A stretch of DNA of 64,000 nucleotides from Desulfomicrobium sp. (GCA_040768745.1 JAXGMI010000001.1:1792001-1856000), one strand, 5' to 3'. Shown: positions 22,408-32,892, numbered from the stretch's first letter. Numbers and translations: made by a program. Notes: a model not told the origin generated them from the sequence alone.

Positions 22408-23916
22408 CTAGCCGGCGATTTCGGGCCGCAGCAAGGGAAAAAGGATGACTTCCCGGATGGACGGCGAGTCCGTGAGCAGCATGACCAGGCGGTCGATGCC
22501 GATGCCCTGTCCTGCCGCCGGGGGCATGCCGTACTCCAGGGCGCGGATGTAGTCCTCATCCATGGCGTGGGCCTCGTCGTCCCCCGCGGCCTTCTCGCGG
22601 ACCTGTTCCTCGAAGCGGGCCTTCTGGTCATAGGGGTCGTTCAGTTCTGAAAAGGCGTTGGCCATTTCCTGCCCGCAAATGAAAAGCTCGAACCTGTCCG
22701 TGATCTCCGGGTTCTGGTCGTTCTTGCGCGAGAGCGGGGAGATGTCCGTGGGATAATGGTAGATGAAGTGGGGCTGGATCAGCTTGGGCTCTACCAGGTT
22801 GTCAAAGAGTTTGGCCTGGAGCTTGCCGAGCTTTTCGTTCTTCTGCACGGTCTCCCCGAGTTTCATGGCCAGGTCTTTGCATTTGCCATAGTCGCGGTAG
22901 ACCTCGGGAGAAACCCCGCCAATCTTTTCCAGGGCTGCATGGAATGGCATGCGCACCCAGCCGTCCTGCAGGTCGATGACCTCGCCCTGGTATTCCACCA
23001 GATGCGTGCCGTTCACGGCCTGGGCCAAGTCGCGGAAGAGTTCCTGGGTCAGGTCCATGAGGTCGACGAAGGTGGCGTAGGCCCAGTAGAATTCGATCAT
23101 GGTGAATTCCGGGTTGTGCCGCGTGTCGATGCCTTCGTTGCGGAAATTGCGGTTGATCTCGTAGACCCTGTCGAATCCGCCCACCAGCAGGCGCTTAAGA
23201 TAGAGTTCCGGGGCGATGCGCAGAAAAAGGTCCATGTCCAGGGCATTGTGGTGGGTCCTGAAGGGCTTGGCCGTGGCCCCGCCGGCAATGGGCTGCATCA
23301 TCGGTGTTTCCACTTCCAGGAAGTGGCGTTCGTTCAGGAACTTGCGGATAAATTGCACAATGGCAGTGCGTTTGCGGAAGATTTCCCGGGCCCGGTCATT
23401 GACCAGGAGGTCCACATAGCGCTGGCGGTAGCGGGTCTCCACGTCCTTGAGGCCATGGTATTTTTCCGGCAGGGGCCGCATGGACTTGGACAGCAGGCGG
23501 ACCTCGCTGGACTTGACGGTCAGTTCCCCTGTCTTGGTGCGGAACAGGGTGCCGGCCACGCCGACGATGTCGCCGATCTCGAATTTTTTGAAAATGGAAT
23601 AGTTGTCAGCGCCCAGGTCATCGCGCTGGGCATACACCTGCACGCGGCCCGTGGCGTCCTGGATGTGGAAAAAGGTCGCCTTGCCAAAGGAGCGGTGGGC
23701 CATGATCCGGCCGCACACGGCCAGGGCCAGGGCTTCCTGGGCCAGGGCTTCCTCGGATTTGTCCCCGTGTGCCGTGAGCACGTCTCCGATCTCGGCAGAT
23801 CGCCGGAAGTCGTTGGGATATAGGGAAATGCCAGCGTCGAGCAGGAACTGGGCCTTTTCCTTGCGGTGGCGCAGGAGCTGCTTTTCCGTTGGGGCATTGA
23901 TCTGGTCTTGTGTCAA
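22408..23916 (-). CDS. lysS: Lysine--tRNA ligase (class II); start codon uncertain
   Basis: [30 protein letters not shown]. Confidence 0.97.
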   Translation of the reverse strand: MTQDQINAPTEKQLLRHRKEKAQFLLDAGISLYPNDFRRSAEIGDVLTAHGDKSEEALAQEALALAVCGRIMAHRSFGKATFFHIQDATGRVQVYAQRDDLGADNYSIFKKFEIGDIVGVAGTLFRTKTGELTVKSSEVRLLSKSMRPLPEKYHGLKDVETRYRQRYVDLLVNDRAREIFRKRTAIVQFIRKFLNERHFLEVETPMMQPIAGGATAKPFRTHHNALDMDLFLRIAPELYLKRLLVGGFDRVYEINRNFRNEGIDTRHNPEFTMIEFYWAYATFVDLMDLTQELFRDLAQAVNGTHLVEYQGEVIDLQDGWVRMPFHAALEKIGGVSPEVYRDYGKCKDLAMKLGETVQKNEKLGKLQAKLFDNLVEPKLIQPHFIYHYPTDISPLSRKNDQNPEITDRFELFICGQEMANAFSELNDPYDQKARFEEQVREKAAGDDEAHAMDEDYIRALEYGMPPAAGQGIGIDRLVMLLTDSPSIREVILFPLLRPEIAG

Positions 23917-23978
23917 GGACTGTCTCCAGTTCGGTGTAATGCGTAAACCAATGCGGCTATTGGAAATTGGACGTGACG

Positions 23979-24818
23979 TCAAGAAATGTCAACCCAGGAA
24001 GGCGGCGGGAGCGCTGGAATTGAGCCGTTTTTCAGGTTCCGGGCAAGCCGTGCGCCATTGTCCATGATTCTCTCCCCGGTCAGTCCGCAGGAGCGCAGGG
24101 TGGCCAGGTTGGCGCGTTCCACACGGGGGTTGAACAGGGGGTAGTCGCTGCCAAAAAGGATGCGGTCCGGGGCGTGGCGTCTGAGAATGGCGGTGACTGC
24201 CGGCTCGCCCAAAAAGGGGCCGCAGCAGGATGTGTCCAGGTCCAGATCACGGCCGCAGAGCAGGTCCAGGGTCTGGGACCACTGGTGCAGCCCGCCCAGG
24301 TGTGCGGCGATGACCCGCAGGCGGGGAAAATTGTCCAGGACCGAGGCCAGGGCCCGGGGTGGGGACACCGTCGGGTTTCCGGGCCGGGAGGGTCCCATGT
24401 GGATCATGCATGTGAAATCATCCTGGGCCGCCTCCCACAGGGGGCGCCAGACAGGGCTGTCCAGGGGGATGCCGGTCAGGTCCGGATGGATCTTGAGCCC
24501 GTGAATGCCGTGGCGGCGCAGGCGGTCCAGCTGTCCTGCCCACCCGGGATGCAGGGGATGGACCGAGCCGAAAGGAATGAGCCTGGGGTGTTGCCGGCCG
24601 ACCTCGATCATCCAGGTGTTGGCCGGCACCGTCTGTTCGGGCCGCAGGGCCGCGGTGAAACAGAGGGCGTGGGTCAGGGCGGCATGGTCCAGGTGCCGGA
24701 GGAGGTCTTCCGGCGACCCGTCTCCGGCAGGAGGACGGCCGAATTCCTGACCAATGGCCGCAGCCAGTTTGGGTCCGATCTTGGGGGGAAAGACGTGGGT
24801 GTGGCAGTCAACCAGCAT
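23979..24818 (-). CDS. Amidohydrolase family protein
   Basis: [29 protein letters not shown]. Confidence 0.85.
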   Translation of the reverse strand: MLVDCHTHVFPPKIGPKLAAAIGQEFGRPPAGDGSPEDLLRHLDHAALTHALCFTAALRPEQTVPANTWMIEVGRQHPRLIPFGSVHPLHPGWAGQLDRLRRHGIHGLKIHPDLTGIPLDSPVWRPLWEAAQDDFTCMIHMGPSRPGNPTVSPPRALASVLDNFPRLRVIAAHLGGLHQWSQTLDLLCGRDLDLDTSCCGPFLGEPAVTAILRRHAPDRILFGSDYPLFNPRVERANLATLRSCGLTGERIMDNGARLARNLKNGSIPALPPPSWVDIS

Positions 24819-25242
24819 CGGGCAGGTGCTGTTCAAAAAGGTCATGCAGCCAGTCCGGAATGCGCACGGGCCTGCCCTGTCCGTTGACCAGGGCGTGCTG
24901 GGTCGATCCCCGGGCCAGCACTGCGGATTTGTCCGCGTTGGTGATTTCGTACACAAAGGTCAGACTGGCCCGGGAACGCTTGGCTAGGCCGGTGCGGATA
25001 TGGATGATCTCGTCGTAGCGGGCCGGGGAGAAATAGCGGCAGCTGGCCTCCCGGACCGGCAGAAAGAAACCGCGGGCCTCGACCGTGGCGTAGCTGAAGC
25101 CCAGGGCCCGGATCAGGGCGCCGCGGCCGCGCTCGAAAAGGTGCAGATAGTTGGCGTAATAGACCACGCCCATGGCGTCGGTCTCCCCGTAGGAGACCCG
25201 GTGCTCCAGCCAGCAGTTGGGCTGGGCAAAGGGGGTCGTCAC
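24808..25242 (-). CDS. YbgC/4HBT-family acyl-CoA thioesterase
   Basis: RVSYGETDAMGVVYYANYL. Confidence 0.9.
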   Translation of the reverse strand: MTTPFAQPNCWLEHRVSYGETDAMGVVYYANYLHLFERGRGALIRALGFSYATVEARGFFLPVREASCRYFSPARYDEIIHIRTGLAKRSRASLTFVYEITNADKSAVLARGSTQHALVNGQGRPVRIPDWLHDLFEQHLPDAG

Positions 25243-26429
25243 GTCCGATCCCCGAGGCAGAAGGGCAGCAGTTCCTGACCGGAGTCCAGGAACAGACCGG
25301 TGGACGAGGCCGTATCCTCGTCAAACGCGGCCGGGCCACCGGTGCGCGGGGCGCGGGTGCGGTAGACTGCGAACGGCACCGGGTCCTCGGTGTGGGTGCG
25401 GCGGGCGATGGGGGTAAAGTGGTCGCAGGTGACCACGATGGTGGCGTCGCTGTCCTTCAGGGCGGCCAGGACCGGGGCGGCGATGCGCTGGTCGAAAAGC
25501 TCGATGGCCCGTTTCTTGAGGTCCGGATCGCCCATGTGTCCGCACTCGTCCGGGGCTTCCACGTGCACGTAGACAAAATCGCCGTGGTCCAGGAAGTCCA
25601 GGGCGGCCCGGACCTTGCCTTCGTAGTTGGTGTCGATGAGGCCGGTGGCGCCCGGCACGTCCAGCACGGCCATGCCTGCGGCCCGGCCCAGACCCCTGAC
25701 CAGGTCCACGGCCGAGACCACGGCCCCGATGCGTCCGAAGCGTTCGGCAAAGGGAGGCAGGGTCAGGGGACGGCCCTGGCCCCAGGGCCAGACCGAGTTG
25801 GCCTGGGACGTGGGATCGGCATGCAGAAAGGCGTGGGCTGCGCGGATGAAGCGCTCCAGGTCGGGGATGGTGGCAAAGGCTTCCAGATCCTGGGCAATGG
25901 GTTGGTCCAGGATGTCGTGGGGAGGACGGATGGCCAGCCCGGCGGCGCTGGTCCGGGCTCCGCCCTTGTGGACCAGGAGGTGCCGGTACTGGATGCCCTG
26001 CACCGGCACAAACGGGCTGCCTGCGGCCAACCTGGCCAGTTCGGCCACCAGGGGCGCGGCCACCGGCGTGCCGATGTGGCCGGAGGAATAGTCCAGCATG
26101 CGGCCCTGGTCCGAGAGGGCGGACACGTTGACCAGGTTCATGCGCCAGACCAGGTCGTCGGGGTCCAGTTCCAGGCCCTGGGCCGCTGCTTCGATGGGCC
26201 CGCGGCCCGTGTGGTGGGTCTGCGGATCGTATCCCAGCAGGGACATGTTGGCCACGTCGGACCCCGGATGCATGCCCACGGGCACTGTCCGGCAGCGGCC
26301 GCATGTGCCGCGCCGGGCCAGATAGTCCATGGTCGGGGTCTGGGCGGCCTGCAGGGTGGTGCGGCCGCCCAGGGAGTCGATAGGCCAGCCGGCCATGCCG
26401 TCGGCCACCAGGAAGAGGAGCTTTGACAT
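25239..26429 (-). CDS. ApgM-type cofactor-independent phosphoglycerate mutase family (proposed homoserine kinase subfamily)
   Basis: ADGMA, PGSDVAN, TGRGPIEAA, HVEAPDECGH, DHFTP; start overlaps hom stop. Confidence 0.85.
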   Translation of the reverse strand: MSKLLFLVADGMAGWPIDSLGGRTTLQAAQTPTMDYLARRGTCGRCRTVPVGMHPGSDVANMSLLGYDPQTHHTGRGPIEAAAQGLELDPDDLVWRMNLVNVSALSDQGRMLDYSSGHIGTPVAAPLVAELARLAAGSPFVPVQGIQYRHLLVHKGGARTSAAGLAIRPPHDILDQPIAQDLEAFATIPDLERFIRAAHAFLHADPTSQANSVWPWGQGRPLTLPPFAERFGRIGAVVSAVDLVRGLGRAAGMAVLDVPGATGLIDTNYEGKVRAALDFLDHGDFVYVHVEAPDECGHMGDPDLKKRAIELFDQRIAAPVLAALKDSDATIVVTCDHFTPIARRTHTEDPVPFAVYRTRAPRTGGPAAFDEDTASSTGLFLDSGQELLPFCLGDRT

Positions 26430-27721
26430 CAGATGATCCTGTAGTGCACCGGCGGGTCGAGCACGAAGGTGAATTTCTTGATGGTGTCCAGGGCCGCGGA
26501 CACATTCTGCATCTGGGCCGAATGGCTGATGAAGACGATGGGTACCCCGGCATTGGGCGCGCATTCACGCTGGACCACCTGGGCGATGCTGATGTTGTAT
26601 TCGCCCATGACCCCGGCGATGGAGGCCATGACTCCGGGGCGGTCAACCACGGTGAAGCGGAAATAATGGCGGAATACGGTCAATTCCGGGGCCAGGATCT
26701 GGGCCATGGGCAGCCGCGCTTCCAGGAACCCGGTGTTGTTGGGCACGCAGTTGGTGCGGGACAGGGCCAGAATGTCGGCCAGGACCGCACTGCCCGTGGG
26801 CAGGTCACCGGCGCCCTGGCCGTAGAGCATGACCGGGCCCACGGCGTTGCCTTCCAGCAGGATGGAGTTGAACGGGCCGTCAACCTTGGCCAGGATGTGG
26901 TCCTGGCGCAGCAGGGCGGGGTAGACCCCGGCATGGAGCAGGCCGGACTTTTCGCGCACCTGGGCCAGGAGTTTGAGCCGGTAACCGAATTCCTTGGCCA
27001 GGGCGATGTCGAAGCGGTCGACCTTGGAAATCCCCTCCACGACCAGTTTGCTCAGGGGGAAATCCAGCCCATAGGCCAGGCGGATGAGGATGACCAGCTT
27101 GTGGGCCGCGTCGATGCCTTCCACGTCCAGGGTCGGATCGGCCTCGGCATATCCTTTGGCCTGGGCCTTGGCCAGGACAGTGGTGAAATCCTCGTCCTTC
27201 TCGGACATCTCGGACATGATGAAGTTGGCCGTGCCGTTCAGGATGCCGGTCAGGGCCTTGATGCGGTTGCCGGCCAGGCTTTCCTTCAGGGTCTGGATGA
27301 TGGGGATGCCGCCGGCCACGCTGGCCTCGTAATACAGTCCCAGGTTCTTGCTGGCGGCCAGTTCGAAGAGTTCCGGACCGTGCTCGGCCAGCAGGGCCTT
27401 GTTGGCCGTGACCACGGACTTGCCGTGGTTCAGGGCCTGGGTGATGAGTTTGCGCGGGAACTCGATCCCCCCGGCCAGTTCGACGATGATGTCGATTTCC
27501 GGATCGTTGACCAGATCGTCCATGCTGGTGGTGAAGGCCGTACCGGGCGAGGGCGCGACGTTTCTGGGCTTGTCCAGGTCGCGGACCATGATGGTTTTGA
27601 CGTTCAGGGTCTTGCCCAGCCTGCGCTCGATCCAGGCGTTGTTTTCCTGGATGATCTTGACCAGACCGGAGCCGACCGTGCCGAGGCCGGCCAGGCCGAG
27701 ATGGATAATGGAGTCTTTCAA
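26429..27721 (-). CDS. hom: Homoserine dehydrogenase with C-terminal ACT domain
   Basis: GLGTVGSG, VVTANKA, EASVAGGIP, GILNGT; TTG start after GGAGG. Confidence 0.95.
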   Translation of the reverse strand: MKDSIIHLGLAGLGTVGSGLVKIIQENNAWIERRLGKTLNVKTIMVRDLDKPRNVAPSPGTAFTTSMDDLVNDPEIDIIVELAGGIEFPRKLITQALNHGKSVVTANKALLAEHGPELFELAASKNLGLYYEASVAGGIPIIQTLKESLAGNRIKALTGILNGTANFIMSEMSEKDEDFTTVLAKAQAKGYAEADPTLDVEGIDAAHKLVILIRLAYGLDFPLSKLVVEGISKVDRFDIALAKEFGYRLKLLAQVREKSGLLHAGVYPALLRQDHILAKVDGPFNSILLEGNAVGPVMLYGQGAGDLPTGSAVLADILALSRTNCVPNNTGFLEARLPMAQILAPELTVFRHYFRFTVVDRPGVMASIAGVMGEYNISIAQVVQRECAPNAGVPIVFISHSAQMQNVSAALDTIKKFTFVLDPPVHYRII

Positions 27722-27883
27722 GGATTCCTCCACGCCGAGGCATTGGGAAAAAGATTGTGGAACAGAAGTGCGCTTGTATCCGTTTCCGCCTCGGTCTGTC
27801 AAAACGGCAGCCGGGGGAAGCCCGCATGGATTCTGGTTGACGCCCCAGGGGGTTTTGGATAGATAGCCGGTTCTTCACAGAGC

Positions 27884-27980
<97 letters not shown>

Positions 27981-27985
27981 CCCCT

Positions 27986-28076
27986 GGAGGGTTGGCAGAG
28001 CTGGTTGATTGCACCGGTCTTGAAAACCGGCATGCCTTTGCGGGCATCTGGGGTTCGAATCCCTAACCCTCCGCCA
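27986..28076 (+). tRNA. tRNA-Ser(TGA)
   Basis: GGAGGGT/ACCCTCC acceptor stem, CCGGT-CTTGAAA-ACCGG anticodon arm, long variable arm, TTCGAAT loop, encoded CCA. Confidence 0.95.
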
Positions 28077-28085
28077 AAAGAATAC

Positions 28086-28121
28086 AAACCCCGCGCAGTG
28101 GTTCCTGACTGCGCGGGGTTT
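28086..28121. terminator. Probably bidirectional terminator between tRNAs and hsdR
   Basis: AAACCCCGCGCAGT-N8-ACTGCGCGGGGTTT perfect 14-bp stem. Confidence 0.8.
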
Positions 28122-28153
28122 CTTGTTTAGCGGGGCTCCTGCCGGGTTGGGCG

Positions 28154-30598
28154 TCAGGCGGCAACCGTTGGCTGGTACAGGAATTTCTGGAACCCGACAA
28201 AGATCTTGTTGATCTCCTCCACCTGGCCCAGATCGGCCATGGCATCCTTGAGCGAGTTGCCATAGCGCAGCCGCAAGAGAGGCGTCAGTTTCGTCTGGTC
28301 CAGTTCTTCCACTCCGACGTTCACGTAGTGTCCGAGCACAAAGTCCAGGAAAGCCTGCTGCTTGCTGTTGAAGCGCTGCTGGATGCTGATTCTGGCCCTG
28401 GCCGCTCTTTCTTCCCGCGTCAACGGCACATCGGCGTAGGCCACATGGGCCAGCACGTCGAAGATGTCGCACTTTTCAGCGTCGATGATCTTCTGCATTT
28501 CAGCGAGCTGTTCCTTGCCAAAGCCTTTTTCCGCCAGACCGTCCAGGAGTCTGCGCCGGGTGTCCGGAACGCTCCAGATGCTGCGCAGTTCGTCCTCGTC
28601 CTGGAAGAATTCCGGCAGTCTCCCGAAGAGCGCCTCCATGAACTGCGCGGCGGACATGGGCGTTCCGTCCGGGTGCCAGAAGCTCGTGGCCACCATGTGC
28701 TGGATGGTGCGCTCCTTTCCGTCGGCCAGCTTGATCCTGGCCCTTTTCACGCATGTGCACGGGCGCTGTCCGCATTTGGGGCATGGGTCCTTGGGGCATA
28801 CGCAAGGCTGCTGCCCACACTCCGAACAGGGCGGCTTGGGGCAGACGCATGGTTGCTCGCCGCAGGTCAGACACGGGGCCGGGCGCTCCTTGACGCAGAC
28901 GCAGGGGTATTTGCCACAGATCGTGCAGGGTTCGGGCTCAACGGGTTCTCCGTCCCATTCGGGATCGTTGAAGTGGTGATGGGCCTCCACGAAGTCGTAA
29001 ATCGTGAAGTAGTCCTTGCCGTCGTACAGGCGCGTGCCGCGTCCGATGATCTGCTTGAACTCGATCATGGAATTGATGGGCCGCATGAGCACGATGTTGC
29101 GGATGTTGCGGGCATCCACGCCGGTGGACAATTTCTGCGAGGTGGTCAGGACCGTGGGGATGGTCTTTTCGTTGTCCTGGAAGGCCCGCAGGTGCTGCTC
29201 GCCGAGCACCCCGTCATCGGCCGTGACGCGCTGGCAATAGTTCGGGTCCCCGTAGGACTTGAGCTGGTTGACCAGATCGCGCACGGCCAGGGCGTGGTCC
29301 TGGTTCGCGCAAAAAACCAGGGTCTTCTCGCGCTGGTCCATGAGGGACATGAAAATTTCGACCCGTTTCTTCTCCCGCGCCCTGATTTCGATGATGCGGT
29401 TGAAATCCGCCTCCCCGTAGATCTTTCCGTCCTCGATCTCCCCTTCGATCAGCGTGTCGTCGGACGTGTACACGTATTCGTCCAGCGTGGTGGCGATCTG
29501 CTTGACGCGGAACGGTGTGAGGAATCCGTCGTTGATGCCGTCCTTGAGCGAGTAGATGAAGACCGGGTCGCCGAAATAGGCGTAGGTGTCGGCGTTGATG
29601 TCCCGCTTGGGCGTGGCAGTCAGGCCGAGTTGCACGGCCGGGGCGAAGTATTCCAGGATGCCGCGCCATCTGCTTTCGTCCCTGGCGCCGCCGCGATGGC
29701 ATTCGTCGATGACGATGAAATCGAAGAAGTCGGGAGGGTAGTCCCCGAAATAGGGGCTCGGTACTCCGCCTGTCGGCGGTCCGCACATGAAGGTCTGGAA
29801 GATGGTGAAGAAGATATTGCCGTTCTTGGGCACCTTGCCTTTCTTCCTGATCTCGTCCGGTGCGATGCGTACCAGAGCGTCCTCGGCAAATGCGGAAAAT
29901 GCATTGTAGGCCTGATCCGCCAGAATGTTGCGGTCGGCCAGGAACAGGATGCGCGGCCTGCGGCTCGGCACCCCGTCCTGTCGCCAATCCTGCAGGTTCC
30001 AGCGGCTGTGGAAAAGCTTCCAGGCGATCTGGAAGGCGATGAAGGTCTTGCCCGTGCCTGTGGCCAGCGTCAGCAGGATGCGGTCCCGGCCGTCGGCCAT
30101 GGCGGACAGGACCCGCTCAACGGCGATGTCCTGATAGTACCGGCCCTGAAAGTATCCGCCGCGGTCCTCGAAGGGCACGGCCTTGAATCGGTCCCGCCAG
30201 AGATTCTGCACGGCGAAGGTCCGCCCCCAGAGTTCTTCCGGCGTGGGATAGGCGGATATTTCGGCCTCGCTGCCCGTTTCCATGTCCACGGCATAGATGC
30301 CCTGTCCGTTGGTGGAGTACGTGAAGCGCACGGCCAGCTTGTCGGCGTAGTCCTTGGCTTGGGCCAGCCCTTCGGTCAGCGCCTTGTCCCAGGCCTTGGC
30401 CTCCACCACGGCCAGCTTGGTGTTGCGGTATTCAAGGACGTAATCGGCCGTGAGAGCCTTGGCCCGCTTTCCCGCACCCTGGATGCGCCCCATGGTGATG
30501 GGATACTCGGGCCGGATGCGACTGCCTTCGAGCACGCCCCAGCCGGCGGCCTTGAGGGCCGGGTCTATGTGCAGGAGGCGGGTTTCGGCTTCGTTCAT
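28154..30598 (-). CDS. hsdR: Type I restriction endonuclease subunit R (EcoEI/EcoAI-like) with Cys-rich repeat insert
   Basis: ADY..VVEAK nuclease motif, LATGTGKT, IDECHRG, QIIGRGTR. Confidence 0.93.
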   Translation of the reverse strand: MNEAETRLLHIDPALKAAGWGVLEGSRIRPEYPITMGRIQGAGKRAKALTADYVLEYRNTKLAVVEAKAWDKALTEGLAQAKDYADKLAVRFTYSTNGQGIYAVDMETGSEAEISAYPTPEELWGRTFAVQNLWRDRFKAVPFEDRGGYFQGRYYQDIAVERVLSAMADGRDRILLTLATGTGKTFIAFQIAWKLFHSRWNLQDWRQDGVPSRRPRILFLADRNILADQAYNAFSAFAEDALVRIAPDEIRKKGKVPKNGNIFFTIFQTFMCGPPTGGVPSPYFGDYPPDFFDFIVIDECHRGGARDESRWRGILEYFAPAVQLGLTATPKRDINADTYAYFGDPVFIYSLKDGINDGFLTPFRVKQIATTLDEYVYTSDDTLIEGEIEDGKIYGEADFNRIIEIRAREKKRVEIFMSLMDQREKTLVFCANQDHALAVRDLVNQLKSYGDPNYCQRVTADDGVLGEQHLRAFQDNEKTIPTVLTTSQKLSTGVDARNIRNIVLMRPINSMIEFKQIIGRGTRLYDGKDYFTIYDFVEAHHHFNDPEWDGEPVEPEPCTICGKYPCVCVKERPAPCLTCGEQPCVCPKPPCSECGQQPCVCPKDPCPKCGQRPCTCVKRARIKLADGKERTIQHMVATSFWHPDGTPMSAAQFMEALFGRLPEFFQDEDELRSIWSVPDTRRRLLDGLAEKGFGKEQLAEMQKIIDAEKCDIFDVLAHVAYADVPLTREERAARARISIQQRFNSKQQAFLDFVLGHYVNVGVEELDQTKLTPLLRLRYGNSLKDAMADLGQVEEINKIFVGFQKFLYQPTVAA

Positions 30599-30599
30599 T

Positions 30600-31580
30600 T
30601 CAGGCCCCCGGCGACAGCATGTTCATGATGAGTTGGATGATCGCCTCTTTCTGGGCAGGGTCGGATTCCGCCACCAGCAGAGCCAGAGCTGCCAACCCCA
30701 TATCGTTGAACACCGGGGCGCCGTGGTTGTCGAACAGCCGTTGGTTACGATTGAGGAAGTCCACAAACAGGAAGGCCCCGCTTCGCTTGTTGCCGTCGGC
30801 AAAAGGGTGATTCTTGATGACGAAATAGAGCAGATGCGCGGCCTTGGCTTCGATGCTGGGGTAGGCGGGTTCACCGAACACGGTTTGCTCGAGATTACCC
30901 AGCAGGGCGGCCAACCCGTCGCCCCGCTCCTGTGCAAAGAGCGCGGTAGCCTCGCTTCGTCCGACCAGATCCGTCTTCAGAGCGGCCAGCATCTGCCGGG
31001 CCTCCTCCACGGTTGGCAATGCTCCTCCCGACTGCTGGCGCGGTTCGGTCAGCAAGCCTTGGTCGTAGCGTTGGAGGAGGAGAAAAGTCTGGGTGTAGCG
31101 GGCGATGATGTCCACCAGACCGCGTCCGGCATCAACCGCAAACATGGGACTTTGGGCGGCTTTTTTAGCCAGTTGCAGCGTTGCTTCCAGCGCCTTGGCG
31201 TTTGTTTCAAAACGCTTACGGTTCAGGGCGAAATCACGGGTTAGATACCCTCGTAAAACACGGGTCGCCCATTGCCGAAAACGGGTGGCGCGGGCGGAAT
31301 TAACCCGATAACCTACGGAAATCACTGCATCCAAGTTGTAGTGGTCAATGCGTCGAGTGACCTGCCTGGCTCCTTCCCGTTGAACTGTTTCCTTTTTGGA
31401 AACGGTTGCCCCCCGCTCCAATTCGCCGCTGGTGTAAATATTTTTGAGATGTTTCGAGATGGCTGCTTTTTGCACTGCAAACAGCAGGGCCATATGTTCC
31501 TGCGAAATCCAGAGGGTGTCCTGCTCCAACAGCACCTCTATTGAACTCGTCTCATCTTGGTAAATGGCTATCTCGCTCAT
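30600..31580 (-). CDS. RhuM-family / Fic-Doc domain fusion protein
   Basis: HYNLDAVISVGYRVNS..ATRFRQWA (RhuM) plus HPFADGNKR (Fic/Doc). Confidence 0.9.
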   Translation of the reverse strand: MSEIAIYQDETSSIEVLLEQDTLWISQEHMALLFAVQKAAISKHLKNIYTSGELERGATVSKKETVQREGARQVTRRIDHYNLDAVISVGYRVNSARATRFRQWATRVLRGYLTRDFALNRKRFETNAKALEATLQLAKKAAQSPMFAVDAGRGLVDIIARYTQTFLLLQRYDQGLLTEPRQQSGGALPTVEEARQMLAALKTDLVGRSEATALFAQERGDGLAALLGNLEQTVFGEPAYPSIEAKAAHLLYFVIKNHPFADGNKRSGAFLFVDFLNRNQRLFDNHGAPVFNDMGLAALALLVAESDPAQKEAIIQLIMNMLSPGA

Positions 31581-31592
31581 AACATCCGGCCG

Positions 31593-32798
31593 TTACAGGT
31601 TTCCGCTAAAAGCTTGGTGCAGCAGGGATTGCTTCAATGCCTCCAGCGCGGTGAGTTTGCGCTCGTAGATGTGGGCGAGGCGTTGGGTTTCTTCCATCAA
31701 AGCGTCTAGTTTTTCCACGGCTTGCTGCTGTTTTCTCAACGCAACCTTTGGAACGACGAAACTGCGAAGAAGTTTCAATGAAACGGTCTTTTGTGCTGTA
31801 CCTGTCGCGCCGTCGTTTGCCTGTTTGAACAACTGTGGAGACAGGAGGAGATAGTAAAGCCACGCGCTACTTGTCTCTGGCTTCGGGCGAATAAGCCCAA
31901 TATGCCGCTGGAAGCAAAACTCGCTATCGTCGCGCACCATGACGGGGATTCCGAATGAACCGGTGACAGTGTAAAGCAGGTCACCCTGCCGAGGCTTCTT
32001 GTATGGTTTCAGAGCGTCAAAGTAAGCACGGGGAACCATGAAGGTGTCTCTGAAATCAATCTCGCGAGTTTCTTTTACGATGTTACCGATGGTGATGAAC
32101 GGAACGCCTGTCGGAGATTTAGGCGGCGGTAAATGGTCGCCGTCCGTGATGTCTGTTGCCAAGTCCGCAAGCGTAACTGGTTCTCCTGTTTGCCATTGGT
32201 CCGCAAAGACGGATTGGAGATGGCTTTCGAAGAGGGCGCGGGCGTTTTGGAGATTCTTTTCGGCGTTGGCTTTGGCGGTGGCGAGGCCCGCAAATGCTTC
32301 GTCGAGAATGGCGACGATCCGCTGCTGTTCGGGGAGCGGAGGGACGGGAATATCGACACTTTGAAGTTTTTGAATCGTCAGAGTATCGACCGTTGCGCCA
32401 TTGCCTCGGTCGAGTTGGTCAAAGAAGGAAGGCGACTTCAGCCATAAATTGACGAACTCGCTGCTTACCTCGGCGGCTCGCTTCATCCAGAGAACGCTCG
32501 CGTCCTTGAAGTAAAACTTGTCGCTGCTTCGGACAACATGTGAGTTCCCGATTGTTCCAATCGCGGTGATGACAATGTCGCCCGCTTGAGGAACGCCGTA
32601 TTTTTTCGATAGCTCGGCAAAGTGCTTCTCTGAGATGAAAAGCTCGTTGTTTACGAAACCGTCGGCTGCCAGTCGCGTCACTTCGCGCCCACGGTAGAAG
32701 GGAACGCCCTCAGTCTTCCATTGGGATTTCAGAACGCGTTTGCTTGAGCCAATCTGGTAGAGATCGCTCAGCTTTTTTTTGGGCCACCCCTTCTTCAT
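31593..32798 (-). CDS. hsdS: Type I restriction-modification specificity subunit
   Basis: Two TRDs separated by PPLPEQQRIVAILD conserved helix; LKQSLLHQAFSGNL end. Confidence 0.93.
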   Translation of the reverse strand: MKKGWPKKKLSDLYQIGSSKRVLKSQWKTEGVPFYRGREVTRLAADGFVNNELFISEKHFAELSKKYGVPQAGDIVITAIGTIGNSHVVRSSDKFYFKDASVLWMKRAAEVSSEFVNLWLKSPSFFDQLDRGNGATVDTLTIQKLQSVDIPVPPLPEQQRIVAILDEAFAGLATAKANAEKNLQNARALFESHLQSVFADQWQTGEPVTLADLATDITDGDHLPPPKSPTGVPFITIGNIVKETREIDFRDTFMVPRAYFDALKPYKKPRQGDLLYTVTGSFGIPVMVRDDSEFCFQRHIGLIRPKPETSSAWLYYLLLSPQLFKQANDGATGTAQKTVSLKLLRSFVVPKVALRKQQQAVEKLDALMEETQRLAHIYERKLTALEALKQSLLHQAFSGNL

Positions 32799-32839
32799 AG
32801 CAGAGCCTTGATGTTGCTCAATACTACCGTGTTTTCGGC
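32795..32839 (-). pseudogene. Stranded second copy of the hsdM 3' end
   Basis: Translates AENTVVLSNIKALL* versus AESAKVLATIRELL* at the end of intact hsdM; both end in CTGCTATGAA overlapping the next ATG. Confidence 0.7.
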
Positions 32840-32849
32840 AGGATGACAG

Positions 32850-32876
32850 ATGGAAATCATGGAAAGTATGTGATTG
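32850..32876. repeat. Three degenerate 9-nt ATGGAAA-type tandem units downstream of four-helix-bundle gene
   Basis: ATGGAAATC ATGGAAAGT ATGTGATTG. Confidence 0.55.
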
Positions 32877-32892
32877 AAGTGCGTCATAGGCA

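Noticed and set aside
27986..28076. Second tRNA considered as tRNA-Sec or a suppressor
   Set aside because: Anticodon is TGA (reads UCA, Ser), not TCA; normal 7-bp acceptor stem.
28328..30628. 766-aa plus-strand ORF (and the similar 34083-35318 and 53216-54988 ORFs)
   Set aside because: Antisense shadows of hsdR, hsdM and nrfA.
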